A stretch of 56,514 bases of DNA from Acidobacteriota bacterium (GTDB lineage: Bacteria; Acidobacteriota; Vicinamibacteria; Vicinamibacterales; Vicinamibacteraceae), in assembly GCA_044508265.1 (NCBI GenBank), contig JBIQIB010000011.1, forward strand, positions 1-56,514, given 5' to 3'. Numbering within the stretch: the stretch's first letter is position 1; every line of letters begins with the position of its first letter. A program made the position numbers and the translations under genes. Below, piece by piece: positions 8,328-18,111 of the stretch. Below the pieces are notes generated by a model. That model was not told where the DNA came from. It worked only from the letters and a program-made list of their open reading frames with translations, and made no database searches.

Positions 8328-9201
8328 CGACAGTTTCTGCGCGTTTATCCTCACGCACGGGCGGCCGGATCGCGTGCACACGTACCGCACGCTGCAAAAG
8401 CACGGCTACACGGGGCGCGTCTACTTCGTCGTCGATGACGAGGACCGGACGCTGCCAGAGTACCAGCGGCGCTTCGGTGCCTCACGCGTGCTGGTGTTCA
8501 GCAAGGCCGAGATGGCCAAGACGTTCGACGAGGGCGACAACACCGGCGACCGGCGCGCGATCGTCTACGCGCGCAACGCCTGCTGGCACTTCGCTCGGCA
8601 GTTAGGCGTTAGGTCGTTCGTGCAACTCGACGATGACTACGGCTCGTTCGGCCATCGCTTCGACGAGGACCACCGCTTCGGCTACTGGAAGTGCCGCAAC
8701 CTCGACAGGCTGTTCGCCCTCGTGGTCGAGTACCTGACCGCGACGCCGTTCCTGTCGATCGCGTTTGCCCAAGGCGGCGACATGCTCGGCGGTGGCGGCA
8801 GCCTGCAGCAGAGCACGATCCGCACGAAGCGCAAGGCCATGAATACATTCGTGTGCCTGACGAGCCGGCCCTTCGAGTTCGTCGGCCGCGTCAACGAGGA
8901 CGTCAACACGTACACGGCAACGCAACGCCGTGGCGGCCCGTTCCTCACGCTGCTGGCCCTGCAGGTGAACCAGAAGCCGACGCAGTCGAACGCCGGCGGC
9001 ATGACGGACCTGTACCGCGACAGCGGCACCTATCTCAAGTCGTTCTACTCGGTCGTCTATGCCCCGTCATGCGTCGTCGTCGCCCCGTTGAAGGATCGCG
9101 ACAGCGGCGCGAGGATCCACCACCGCGTGCGCTGGGAGTGCGCCGCGCCGATGATCGTGCCCGAGCGCTTCCGAAAGGCTAGCGCGATGCCTAACACCTA
9201 A
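8320..9201 (+). CDS. possible GT-A-fold glycosyltransferase-like protein (weak call)
   Basis: GTG 8320 after GAGGAGGGGG, overlapping the upstream TGA by 8 nt. The N-terminal strand-helix AFILTHGRPDRVHTYRTL and the acidic FVQLDDDY (DxD-like) suggest a nucleotide-sugar transferase fold. Confidence 0.4.
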   Translation: MPDDSFCAFILTHGRPDRVHTYRTLQKHGYTGRVYFVVDDEDRTLPEYQRRFGASRVLVFSKAEMAKTFDEGDNTGDRRAIVYARNACWHFARQLGVRSFVQLDDDYGSFGHRFDEDHRFGYWKCRNLDRLFALVVEYLTATPFLSIAFAQGGDMLGGGGSLQQSTIRTKRKAMNTFVCLTSRPFEFVGRVNEDVNTYTATQRRGGPFLTLLALQVNQKPTQSNAGGMTDLYRDSGTYLKSFYSVVYAPSCVVVAPLKDRDSGARIHHRVRWECAAPMIVPERFRKASAMPNT

Positions 9202-9213
9202 CGCCCCACGACG

Positions 9214-9771
9214 ATGCCCGCATCGAGAAAGGCCGCGAGGAAGAAGGCCCCGGCAACGACAGCGAAGAAGAAGCCCGCAGCGCGTAAGGCACCCGCACGC
9301 AAGGCACCGGCACGCAAGGCGGCCCCGCGTAAGGCACCCGCCAAGCGCGCAACCCGTAAGGCACCTGCCACAACCACAACCGCGACGCCGGCAACGCCTG
9401 ACGAGAAGAACAAGGGCGGGCGCCCGCCCCTCGACATCGACCCGGAGCAGGTCGAGCGCCTGTCGGCCATCCACTGCACGCACGAGGAAATGGCCGCCGT
9501 CCTCGGGTGCTCGACCGATACGCTCGTCAGGCGTTTTGCGGACCGTATAGAAAAGGGCCGCGAACGGGGCAAGGCGTCCCTGCGCAGGCGGCAGTTCGAG
9601 ATGGCGATGGCGGGCGATCGTACCATGCTCATCTGGTTAGGCAAGCAGTACCTAGAGCAGGCCGACAAGAACGAGCACACCGGCCGGGGCGGCAAGCCTA
9701 TCGAGACGGAGCACACCGAGAAGCGCGTGTACGAGTGGGTCATCGGCGACAAGACGATCCAGTTCGAGTGA
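9214..9771 (+). CDS. terS: terminase small subunit
   Basis: Lys/Ala/Pro-rich basic N-terminus. The HTH-like region GGRPPLDIDPEQVERLSAIHCTHEEMAAVLGCSTDTLVRR and the MLIWLGKQYLEQ segment lie just upstream of the methylase and large terminase. Confidence 0.65.
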   Translation: MPASRKAARKKAPATTAKKKPAARKAPARKAPARKAAPRKAPAKRATRKAPATTTTATPATPDEKNKGGRPPLDIDPEQVERLSAIHCTHEEMAAVLGCSTDTLVRRFADRIEKGRERGKASLRRRQFEMAMAGDRTMLIWLGKQYLEQADKNEHTGRGGKPIETEHTEKRVYEWVIGDKTIQFE

Positions 9772-9797
9772 GTCACCTAACGCCTGACGCCTAACGC

Positions 9798-10766
9798 ATG
9801 ACGTGGAGTGTAGAGGAGGGAGACTGCCGTAAGGTCATGGGCGCAATGGAGGCCGATAGCGTGGACGCGATCGTGACTGACCCGCCCTACGGCCTCGCGT
9901 TCATGGGCAAGGGCTGGGACCACGCCGTGCCCGGTGTCGAGTTCTGGAGCGCCGCCCTTCGCGTGGCGAAGCCGGGCACGTACCTGCTGGCCTTCGGCGG
10001 CACGCGGACCTTCCACCGGCTCGCCGTGGCGATTGAGGACGCCGGCTGGGAGATACACGACTGCCTGACGTGGCTGTACGGTAGCGGGTTCCCCAAGCAC
10101 AAGAGCAAGCTAAAGCCAGCGTGGGAGCCGATTATCCTTGCGCGCAAGCCAGCGAAGCGGGCCACGCTCCTCAACATAGAGCAGTGCCGCATTGAGGCAG
10201 AGCGCCCCACCGGATGGGCCGGAGTACCCACCGGATGGGCCGCCGGCGGCCTTGATTCTCGTGAGCCGGGCGGACGTCCGGTCACCGGCCGCTATCCGGC
10301 CAACGTCGTGCTGGACGAGGATGCTGCTGCGATGCTGGACGCACAGAGCGGCGCGTCGCGGTTCTTCTACTGCGCGAAGGCAAGCCGGGCAGAACGGGAG
10401 GCAGGACTGGAAGGCATGCCGCGCCGCGTGGCTGGCGTAGGCAACGTGGACGAGCAGTCGGGGCGTGATAGCTCCCTGCCGAGCAACCAGTACAGAACGG
10501 ACTCACGTCAGCGCGTGGCGCGAGGCGAAACGCCAACCATTCCGCGCGCCAACCATCATCCCACGGTGAAGCCCATCGCGCTGATGCGCTGGCTCGTGAG
10601 ACTGGTGGCGCCTGAGGGTGGGCTTGTGCTCGACCCGTTCGCCGGCAGCGGTTCTACCGGCTGCGCGGCTGTGCTGGAGGGGCGCCAGTTCATCGGCGCC
10701 GAGCTTGACGCTGACTACGCCGCCATCGCCCGCGCCCGTATCGCGCACTGGGCAAAGCGTGCCTAA
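9798..10766 (+). CDS. DNA methyltransferase, beta-class N6A/N4C (DPPY)
   Basis: Motif IV IVTDPPYG lies near the N-terminus and motif I VLDPFAGSGSTG near the C-terminus. HPTVKP is also present. Confidence 0.9.
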   Translation: MTWSVEEGDCRKVMGAMEADSVDAIVTDPPYGLAFMGKGWDHAVPGVEFWSAALRVAKPGTYLLAFGGTRTFHRLAVAIEDAGWEIHDCLTWLYGSGFPKHKSKLKPAWEPIILARKPAKRATLLNIEQCRIEAERPTGWAGVPTGWAAGGLDSREPGGRPVTGRYPANVVLDEDAAAMLDAQSGASRFFYCAKASRAEREAGLEGMPRRVAGVGNVDEQSGRDSSLPSNQYRTDSRQRVARGETPTIPRANHHPTVKPIALMRWLVRLVAPEGGLVLDPFAGSGSTGCAAVLEGRQFIGAELDADYAAIARARIAHWAKRA

Positions 10767-12264
10767 CGCAGCGCGGAAGCGAACACGGCCGCGTAAGGCA
10801 GCAGCGACGACGACGCCGGCCGCCGCCGCGACGCCTCACGAGCCGCCGGCGCTCGTCGCCACGGCCCTGCAGGAGAAGTTCACGCGCCTCGTGTTCGACG
10901 GGCGCTATCGCTACATCGGCATCGGCGGCGCCATCCGTGGCAGCAAGACGTGGTCAGTCCTCATTGCCCTCGTGTTGCTCATGCGCATCTACCCGCGCTC
11001 ACGGTGGGCGATCGTGCGCGAGGACTGGACGGCCCTCACGCAGAACACCATGCCGTCGATCGAGACGCTGCGCGCCACGTTAGGCGGCTGGCTCGGCCCC
11101 ATCAACCTGCGCACCAAGACCTACCGCGCGCAGAACGGCAGCGAGCTACTGCTGGTGCCCGAGTCCCTGCCCACGGACCCGGACCTGAACGCGTTCAAGG
11201 GCTTCGAGGTCAACGGCTTCGTGCTGGAGGAGGGCAACGAGCTATCGGTCAAGACGTTCCATAAGGCGATCGAGCGCGCCGGGGCGTGGATCATCCAGCC
11301 GACGGCCGACGAGCGCGCGTCAGGCATAACGCCAGCGCAGCCGCCGCCGCGCGTGCTCGTGTCGTTCAACCCGTCGCTAGAGTGGACCGACGAGGTGTTC
11401 CACGAGCCTTACGAGTCGGGCACGCTGCGCGAGCCGTACGCGTTCCTGCCGGCCAAGATTACCGACAACCCGCACCTACCGCCCACCTACCTAGAATCGC
11501 TGGAGGAACTGCGCAACGCGGCGCCTGACGAGTACGAGCGCTTCGTCATGGGCAAGCGCGGCGGCACGCCGGACCCGCGTCAGCTAATCACGATGGACAT
11601 GATCGTTAGGGCGCGCGACGTCACCCATGAGCCGGGGCGCATCCGCATGGGGCTCGACGTCATGCGCGGCGGCAAGGACGAGAACGTCCTAGCGATCATC
11701 GACGGCAACATGCTCGTTGACCTTATCCCGATCGTGGTGCCTGACGACAGCACGACCGACCTAGCGATCGCGGCCATGGAGCACGCCCACGAGTGGGAAG
11801 CCCTGCCTGACGACGTGCGCGTGGACACGATCGGCGTCGGCGGCGGCGCCTACGACACGATGAAGGACCGGCGGTTCGAGCCGCGCGCGTTCGTGGCCGG
11901 CGCCTCGCCGATCGTCAGGCCGAAGGATCACCCGTTCGCACGTTGGGAGTACCAGAACCTGCGCGCGCAGGCGTGGTGGGAGTTCCGCGAAAAGCTGCGG
12001 CGCGGCATGTTCGGCCTCGACCCTGAACTGGCGACGCGGCGGCCTGACGAGTGGAAGAAGTTCGTCAAGGACATTACCGCCTTCCGGTACGACTTCGTGC
12101 GCGAGCGCAAGATTGACGTTTCGAGCCGTGACGAGGTGCAGGCGTCGATAGGCAGGTCACCGGACTACGGTACGGCGGCCGTCATGGCGGCGATCGACCT
12201 GCCGCCGCGTGTGGCGAAAGGCCCGGTCGGGCGATATGCTAGTACGAGTCGCCTGACGATCTAG
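10759..12264 (+). CDS. terL: terminase large subunit
   Basis: GTG 10759 overlaps the methylase TAA within GTGCCTAACG. It has a Walker-A-like GIGGAIRGSKTW and typical size and position upstream of the portal. The track ORF 10618 start lies inside the methylase gene. Confidence 0.85.
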   Translation: MPNAARKRTRPRKAAATTTPAAAATPHEPPALVATALQEKFTRLVFDGRYRYIGIGGAIRGSKTWSVLIALVLLMRIYPRSRWAIVREDWTALTQNTMPSIETLRATLGGWLGPINLRTKTYRAQNGSELLLVPESLPTDPDLNAFKGFEVNGFVLEEGNELSVKTFHKAIERAGAWIIQPTADERASGITPAQPPPRVLVSFNPSLEWTDEVFHEPYESGTLREPYAFLPAKITDNPHLPPTYLESLEELRNAAPDEYERFVMGKRGGTPDPRQLITMDMIVRARDVTHEPGRIRMGLDVMRGGKDENVLAIIDGNMLVDLIPIVVPDDSTTDLAIAAMEHAHEWEALPDDVRVDTIGVGGGAYDTMKDRRFEPRAFVAGASPIVRPKDHPFARWEYQNLRAQAWWEFREKLRRGMFGLDPELATRRPDEWKKFVKDITAFRYDFVRERKIDVSSRDEVQASIGRSPDYGTAAVMAAIDLPPRVAKGPVGRYASTSRLTI

Positions 12265-12298
12265 GCGCCTCACGAACTACCAGCCACCCTGACGAGCG

Positions 12299-14230
12299 AT
12301 GCCTGACGAGCGTGACGTGAACGACCCGCGCCGGTGGACGTACCGCGACGCGGCAAAGCGCGTGGACGAGGCGACCTACGGCCTGCATCCCGCGTCCCCG
12401 AGCCTGCGATATCAGGCGTCCACGGCGCCTAGGCGAGCGTACGACGCGAACCGGCGCCTGATCGAGGAGCACGACTTCTGGCAGCGCGGCGAGCGCTGGA
12501 TCGGCCCCGGCTCCGACCCGGCGCTGCCGCACAGCATACGCTACACGACGCTGCGGCGCGTCGAGCCTCAGTTCACGCCGATCGACGTGGTGGGCGAGAT
12601 TATCGACCGCGCGGGGAACGCCCTGCTGAAGCGTGAGGCAGACGTGCAGTTCACGCCGATCCGCGCGTCAGGCAGCGATGAGCCTGACGAGGCTGCGAGC
12701 GAGGCGGCCGAGCGTGAGGCAGCCGCGATGCTGGAGGCCGTCAGCGTGTGGTGGGACCGCGAGCGCCTGTGGGAGCACGCACGCCGCGTGATGCGTCGTC
12801 AGCTATGGGCCGGGCGCGGCGGCTTTCGCGTGCGCGTGCCGCCCGGGTATCTGAACGACACCGACGACGGGAAGGCGCTGCCCGAGGGGCTGGCGATCGC
12901 CGACGCGTTCGAGCGCGTCAAGCTGGAGACGCCGCAGCCTCACGAGGCGGCCGTGGTCGTGATCGAGGAGACGCAGCAGGCGGTCGCCATCATCCTGACG
13001 ACGCGCACCGTGGGCGATCGCGAGGAACGCGTCGCCGAGGTCTGGATGCTCGCGCCTAGCGACGACGACGCTACCTCGCCTAACGAAATGCTCGTCAGGG
13101 TTCTCGTCGATCGCTACGACACGCGCGGCCGGCCCCTGCCTAGCGCGTCGGCCGACGAGGAATACCGCCTCGACCTAACGAGGCTGCCGCTCGCCGAGGC
13201 CGAGGGCGAGTTGCTGCTCACCGACCCGGAGCGGCGACAGCAGGACCAGATAAACTTCATGAACACCATGTTGTCGCGCGTCACGGAGACGGCAGGGTTT
13301 CCCGAGCGCACGTTCATAAACGCCGCGCCTCACGGCGAGTGGTACCCGGACCCGCCGCGTGGGGGTGCTGCCGCGCTGCAGACGCAGGAGTTCGACGGCA
13401 AGACGTGGTACCTGCACGCGGTCCCGCACACGGTAGGGAGCGCGGTCACGACGGAGCTACACGGCTACGAAACCGACACGGTGACCGAGCCGGACGGGAC
13501 CGTCAGGCGCAGCTACACGACGCCGCAGGTGGTGTATCGCGAGCCGACCAACCCGAAGTACCTGCACGACGCGATCATTGCCGCGCGTGGCCTGCTGCTC
13601 AGCGCATGCAAGCAGGGCTTCGTCCTAACGACGACGACCGGCAGCGAGTCAGGTTACAGCCGCGTGCAGGCGCGTGCCGAGTTCGTGGAGGACCAGCTAC
13701 GGCGCAAGCCGTCGCTGGAGGGCGCCGTGCGCGACATCATCGCGGCTGCGATCGAGACGGCGCAACTGATGGCAGCACCTGACGCGGCGATCCGCCCCGG
13801 CTTCCTTGAACGCTTCCGCGTCGTGGTCAACCTGCACGTCGACGCCGGGCCGGTGTCGCCCGAGGAGCGGCGCATCATCTTGGAGGAATACAAGGCCGGC
13901 GTTAGGTCGCGTGCCCTAACGATGGCGATGCTCGGCACCGAGGACATTGACGCCGAGCTAGAGGCCATGGAGCGCGAGGAACCGGCGCAGTTGCAGCGGA
14001 TCGCCGCATACGCGACGACGCTTGCTGAACTGTCAGCCGTGCCGGGCGTGTCGATCGAGGGCGCCGTGCGCGCCATGGCCGCGATCGGGCTCGACAAACG
14101 CATAGCGCGCGCGATGATCCCGCGCGACACCGACGGGGCCGGCGCACTGAATCGCACACCCGAGGCAGAACTGGCGCGCCGTGGCGGCGGCCTGCCTGAC
14201 GACAACGACGAGGACGAGGGCAATGCCTGA
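12299..14230 (+). CDS. portal protein
   Basis: 643-aa ORF directly after terL with an acidic C-terminus. The call rests on position and size. Confidence 0.7.
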   Translation: MPDERDVNDPRRWTYRDAAKRVDEATYGLHPASPSLRYQASTAPRRAYDANRRLIEEHDFWQRGERWIGPGSDPALPHSIRYTTLRRVEPQFTPIDVVGEIIDRAGNALLKREADVQFTPIRASGSDEPDEAASEAAEREAAAMLEAVSVWWDRERLWEHARRVMRRQLWAGRGGFRVRVPPGYLNDTDDGKALPEGLAIADAFERVKLETPQPHEAAVVVIEETQQAVAIILTTRTVGDREERVAEVWMLAPSDDDATSPNEMLVRVLVDRYDTRGRPLPSASADEEYRLDLTRLPLAEAEGELLLTDPERRQQDQINFMNTMLSRVTETAGFPERTFINAAPHGEWYPDPPRGGAAALQTQEFDGKTWYLHAVPHTVGSAVTTELHGYETDTVTEPDGTVRRSYTTPQVVYREPTNPKYLHDAIIAARGLLLSACKQGFVLTTTTGSESGYSRVQARAEFVEDQLRRKPSLEGAVRDIIAAAIETAQLMAAPDAAIRPGFLERFRVVVNLHVDAGPVSPEERRIILEEYKAGVRSRALTMAMLGTEDIDAELEAMEREEPAQLQRIAAYATTLAELSAVPGVSIEGAVRAMAAIGLDKRIARAMIPRDTDGAGALNRTPEAELARRGGGLPDDNDEDEGNA

Positions 14231-14486
14231 CGAGAGCGATAACGACCGGCTGCGGTTCTGGCCCGAGGTGCGCGTGCGCGTCGCGCGCGGCCTGCGCCGG
14301 CTGTTCAGTCCTGACGGCAGCGCGGAGCCGGGCGTCGTCAGGCGCCTGTGGCATGCCGTGCGCTGCGGCTGCTGGTACCACGTCTACGACCCGTCGACCG
14401 GCAGCCTGCATTGCATGGCCTGCGGCTTCCTGCACCACCGGGCCGAGCGGGTGGTGCCTAACGTCAACCTTAACGAGGACGCCTGA
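14223..14486 (+). CDS. small Cys-rich hypothetical protein
   Basis: ATG 14223 in ATGCCTGA overlaps the portal stop by 8 nt; CGCW...CMAC motif. Confidence 0.55.
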   Translation: MPDESDNDRLRFWPEVRVRVARGLRRLFSPDGSAEPGVVRRLWHAVRCGCWYHVYDPSTGSLHCMACGFLHHRAERVVPNVNLNEDA

Positions 14487-14488
14487 CG

Positions 14489-14791
14489 GTGAACGAGGAA
14501 CTGGTCTACCTGCTGCTCTGGTGCGACACCGGCGACGGCGCCGTGAGGCTGGAGGCGACCGACGAGCCGATCGTGGACGCGGCCGTGCAGCGCTACGTCG
14601 ACAGCGGCAAGACGATCGACTCACTGCTCAGCCTGACGAGCACCGGCGGCGACTCGTTCAAGGTGCTGGCGTCGTCCATCTCGTCGTGGACCGTGTCGAC
14701 GCCTGCCGCACGCGATCGCGAACGCGAGATAGACGCGGCGATGGAGGCCGAGGGCGGCGAGCCGTGGCAGCAGAATGGCGAGGGATACTGA
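14489..14791 (+). CDS. hypothetical protein
   Basis: GTG start 3 nt after the upstream stop; good third-position G/C bias. Confidence 0.6.
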   Translation: MNEELVYLLLWCDTGDGAVRLEATDEPIVDAAVQRYVDSGKTIDSLLSLTSTGGDSFKVLASSISSWTVSTPAARDREREIDAAMEAEGGEPWQQNGEGY

Positions 14792-15014
14792 CACGTCGAC
14801 GCGCGGCGCCTCGGGCGGCGACAGGCGCAGGCGCCTAGGCAGCGCCCTGCCTGACGACGTAGTAGCGATCGCGCGCGCGGGCACCGTGACGCCTGACGAC
14901 ATCGCCTACGCGATCGAGCACGCGCCGGAGCCGATCCGCCCGTTCCTAGATGCGCCCGACGCGCCGGCCTCGATGCGCGGGCGCGGCCTGCCTGACGACT
15001 TCTTCTCAACCTGA
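14775..15014 (+). CDS. hypothetical protein
   Basis: ATG 14775 overlaps the upstream gene by 17 nt; stop lies within CCTGACG. Confidence 0.5.
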   Translation: MARDTDTSTRGASGGDRRRRLGSALPDDVVAIARAGTVTPDDIAYAIEHAPEPIRPFLDAPDAPASMRGRGLPDDFFST

Positions 15015-15022
15015 CGAGAGGC

Positions 15023-15634
15023 ATGGCCCGCAACGTCGTATGGGACGGCGATGATCGCGTCTATCGTGACGCGCAGACCGGCGCGCCTGTCAAGCCGCGG
15101 GAAATGCGCATGGCGATGGATCAGGCGATCGACGTATCAGCCGGGCGCGTCGAGGCGTTAGGCAGGCAGTTGCAGCAGGGGCAGATCGGCCTCATCGAGT
15201 GGGAGTTGGCGATGCGGCGCGAGGTGAAGAACGTCCTGCTGTATTCCGTCGCCGTGCACGCGGGCGGCGTTAGGCACATGACGCCCCGGCAGTTAGGCAT
15301 GGTCGGCGCCGCGACGCGCGAGCAATACAGGTACCTGAACCGCTTCGCGCGCGAGATCGAGAGCGGCCTGCCCTTGGACGGCCGCTTCCTGCAGCGCGTC
15401 AGGATGTACGCCGCCGCCGGGCGTCAGCTATACCACCGCATCGAACGCGAGGTCATGGAAGCGCGCGGCATGACGCACGAGCGCAACTTGTTAGGCGTCG
15501 CCGACCACTGCGACGGTTGCGTCGAGGAGACGTCACGCGGGTGGGTCGCGATCGGGACGCTGGTCCCCATCGGCGCGCGTACCTGCCTGTCGAACTGCCG
15601 TTGCCGGATCGTCTATCGCCGGCCGGGGGGGTAG
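15023..15634 (+). CDS. head morphogenesis / minor head protein (SPP1 gp7 / Mu F-like)
   Basis: The C-terminal HCDGC...CLSNCRCRIVY motif and its position downstream of the portal fit this family. Confidence 0.6.
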   Translation: MARNVVWDGDDRVYRDAQTGAPVKPREMRMAMDQAIDVSAGRVEALGRQLQQGQIGLIEWELAMRREVKNVLLYSVAVHAGGVRHMTPRQLGMVGAATREQYRYLNRFAREIESGLPLDGRFLQRVRMYAAAGRQLYHRIEREVMEARGMTHERNLLGVADHCDGCVEETSRGWVAIGTLVPIGARTCLSNCRCRIVYRRPGG

Positions 15635-15640
15635 ACCGAG

Positions 15641-16021
15641 GTGCGACAACCTAACGATATTCAACCTGTATTTCCCGCGCTCGATGGCCTTGGTGCGGTC
15701 CATGCTGGCGAACCTGACGACGACACCGCCCTAACGCGAGAGGGCAGGAGGAATGTGGGCATGGCACTAACCGCTAGCACTATTCACGTGACGCGACACG
15801 ACGACGGGGTGGTCGAGCTACAGGCGCCGCTATCGTCAGGCGACACGCCCGGCGGCCCGGTCATCGGTGACGTCAGGCGCTACGTCAAGCCGGGCGAGTC
15901 GGCGCTAGGCGTGCCTTACGAGGTGTGGGCAGGCCACCACGGCGAGGCGGTCGCGATCGAGGCGATGCAGGACGAGACGCAGCGCCGCACCGCCGCACGC
16001 CGCGCGCGGAGGTGGCGGTGA
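15641..16021 (+). CDS. hypothetical protein
   Basis: GTG-initiated ORF; an internal ATG (MALTAS...) is an alternative start. Confidence 0.5.
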   Translation: MRQPNDIQPVFPALDGLGAVHAGEPDDDTALTREGRRNVGMALTASTIHVTRHDDGVVELQAPLSSGDTPGGPVIGDVRRYVKPGESALGVPYEVWAGHHGEAVAIEAMQDETQRRTAARRARRWR

Positions 16022-16029
16022 GGGCCGCG

Positions 16030-16629
16030 ATGACGACGCGCCCCGTCGTGGGGGCGGCAGCGCGTGCGCCGCGCCTGACGATGCGCGAGACGGTGCGGCG
16101 CCTGACGCGCGTTGCCGTGGGGGCGGCGATCGTCATGTGCGCGTCGGTCCTCACGCTAGGCGTGGCCGGCTATCGCCTGACGCCGCCCGAGGCAGGGAGC
16201 GCGCTGCACGAAGTGGCCTACAGGATCGCACCACCGGAGCAGGAGGAGGGAGCAATGACGCCTGCAGCACTGCCGCCGCCCGTAGCCGTTGCGCCCGTGC
16301 CGCGCGACGCGAACGGCGTGCCGACCATCCTAACGTCGATCGACCCGGAGGCGGACAGCTTCGAGGTCGTGCTAGGCACCGAGCGCGGGCCGGTGCGCCT
16401 CGCCGGCATGCTGTGGGCCGAGGCCGGGCGCTCGGCCACCGCCCTCGCGGTCGACGATGACGGTGAGTATGTCGTCACGCCGGGCGTCGACAGCGCGTCA
16501 GGCACGCGGCTGGCGAGCGTCACCGTGTACGGCGCGGTAAGCATCCGCCGCGCGGCCGAGGTGGCCGACCTGCCCGTCGCAGCGCTCTCGCCTGACGGGC
16601 GCCCGGTCCCGGTCGGCGGGCACCTGTAG
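16030..16629 (+). CDS. membrane-anchored hypothetical protein
   Basis: ATG 16030, alternative GTG 16018. One predicted TM helix (VAVGAAIVMCASVLTLGVAG). The upstream part of the track ORF overlaps the previous gene. Confidence 0.55.
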   Translation: MTTRPVVGAAARAPRLTMRETVRRLTRVAVGAAIVMCASVLTLGVAGYRLTPPEAGSALHEVAYRIAPPEQEEGAMTPAALPPPVAVAPVPRDANGVPTILTSIDPEADSFEVVLGTERGPVRLAGMLWAEAGRSATALAVDDDGEYVVTPGVDSASGTRLASVTVYGAVSIRRAAEVADLPVAALSPDGRPVPVGGHL

Positions 16630-16636
16630 GCCACGA

Positions 16637-16676
16637 CGCCTAACGCTGCCGGGGTTGCGCGCGGTTGCGTTAGGCG
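16637..16676 (+). terminator. hairpin formed by an inverted pair of the genome-wide motif (CGCCTAACGC ... GCGTTAGGCG)
   Basis: 10-bp stem and 20-nt loop in the gap upstream of the scaffold gene. No clear T-tract. Confidence 0.4.
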
Positions 16677-16739
16677 CAAGATTGGCGTCAGGCAGTTTCC
16701 TTCAACCGTTCCACTTCTTCACACCCTCACGAGGGACGA

Positions 16740-17618
16740 ATGCCAGCTAACGGCGGCAACGACGACGACGAGGACACCGGGCGCGATCGCTCGCGGAGCA
16801 ACCGGGACAACAACGGCGGCGGGTCATCGTCAGGCGGCATCGACGTAGCGCAGGCGATCGAGCGCATATCCGCACGCTACGGCAACGACGTTGCCGCAGT
16901 GACGGAGATGGCAGCACGGGAGCGGGCGCGCAAGGAGTCGGAGATCCGTGACCTGAAGCGTCGCCTGCGCGCGGCACGCGTCCCCGAGGGTGGCGTCGTG
17001 CTAAGCGCGGACGAGGCTAAGGTGTGGGAGAAGGTGAAGGCGTTAGGCGAGCCTGACGCGATCGCGAAGAAGATCGCCGACGGCGCGGAGGCGATCCAGC
17101 GCCTAGCGAGTATCGAGCGCGAGAGGGAGGACGCGGAGGTCGCCGAACTGGCCGGATACAACGCGGCCGTGCTCACGCGCCTGCGTGAGTCCGAGGGGTT
17201 CGCCGTCGAGGTACGCACGGTGAAGCAGGACGGCAAGACGGTCCGCGTGCCTTACGCGCGCAAGACCGGGAGCGACGGCAAGCCCACGGGCGACGCCGTG
17301 CCGCTCACCGAGTACGCCGAGGAGCACCTAACGCTGTTCATGCCGGCGCTCGCCGCCGTGAGTGATGGCAGCGCGAACGGTGACAGCAGCACGGCGTCAG
17401 GCACCACGAGCGCCGCATCAGGCAGCACAACGGGAACCGGCACCACGCAGCAGACGGGCGCGCCCCGTAAGTTCCCGGCCACGTCAGGCACGGCCAACAA
17501 GAAGGGCCAGCCTAGCGTGTTCGATCGCATCCGCGCGGAGCGTGAGGCGGAGCGAAAGGCGGCGCAGGAGCAGACCAAGGGCGTCGAGGAACGCCTAGGG
17601 ATGCTACGACAGACCTGA
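16740..17618 (+). CDS. scaffolding protein (putative)
   Basis: Charged helical protein with a low-complexity N-terminus, located before the decoration-like and major capsid genes. GAGGGACGA RBS. Confidence 0.6.
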   Translation: MPANGGNDDDEDTGRDRSRSNRDNNGGGSSSGGIDVAQAIERISARYGNDVAAVTEMAARERARKESEIRDLKRRLRAARVPEGGVVLSADEAKVWEKVKALGEPDAIAKKIADGAEAIQRLASIEREREDAEVAELAGYNAAVLTRLRESEGFAVEVRTVKQDGKTVRVPYARKTGSDGKPTGDAVPLTEYAEEHLTLFMPALAAVSDGSANGDSSTASGTTSAASGSTTGTGTTQQTGAPRKFPATSGTANKKGQPSVFDRIRAEREAERKAAQEQTKGVEERLGMLRQT

Positions 17619-17646
17619 CGACGTACCCGGAGCACCGGGCGTCAGG
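17614..17646 (+). terminator. hairpin CCTGACG-ACGTA-CCCGG-AGCA-CCGGG-CGTCAGG
   Basis: Starts at the scaffold stop codon. Inverted motif pair plus an inner 5-bp stem. No T-tract. Confidence 0.4.
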
Positions 17647-17697
17647 CAGTCGTGCGATCGCCTCACGACGCACAACACTGTCATGGGAGCCTGAGAA

Positions 17698-18108
17698 ATG
17701 CCCATCCGAATCAATCCTAACGTCGCGGGCGAGCGGCATATCTACGGGAATCCGTTCGTAGGCGATCGCTCCGCGCCGGTACACGTGCAGGTGGACGTGT
17801 CGACCCTGACGAGTGCCGAGGTCGACGCGAACGGCTACCTAAAGCCGGGCGTGCTGCTCACGCGCGGCGGCAAGCTCATCGGCGCGGACCATGCCGACGA
17901 GCCGTTCGGCATGAACCCGGAGGCGGTGAAGATCGCCGACGGCAACACCGGCCTAGCGTCGATCACAAACGACCCGTTCGTGGTGGTCTACATGAAGGGC
18001 ATGGTCAACCGCGACATCGTCGAGGACAACCTTGGCCGCGCGCTCAACGCGAACGAACTGGCCGCCATCGACGGCGAGTTCTCGCAACTCGTCCTCACGC
18101 TCACCTGA
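17698..18108 (+). CDS. head decoration-like protein (lambda gpD position)
   Basis: 136-aa protein between the scaffold and a gpE-like capsid gene; GGGAGCCTGAGAA precedes the ATG. Confidence 0.5.
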   Translation: MPIRINPNVAGERHIYGNPFVGDRSAPVHVQVDVSTLTSAEVDANGYLKPGVLLTRGGKLIGADHADEPFGMNPEAVKIADGNTGLASITNDPFVVVYMKGMVNRDIVEDNLGRALNANELAAIDGEFSQLVLTLT

Positions 18109-18111
18109 TGA

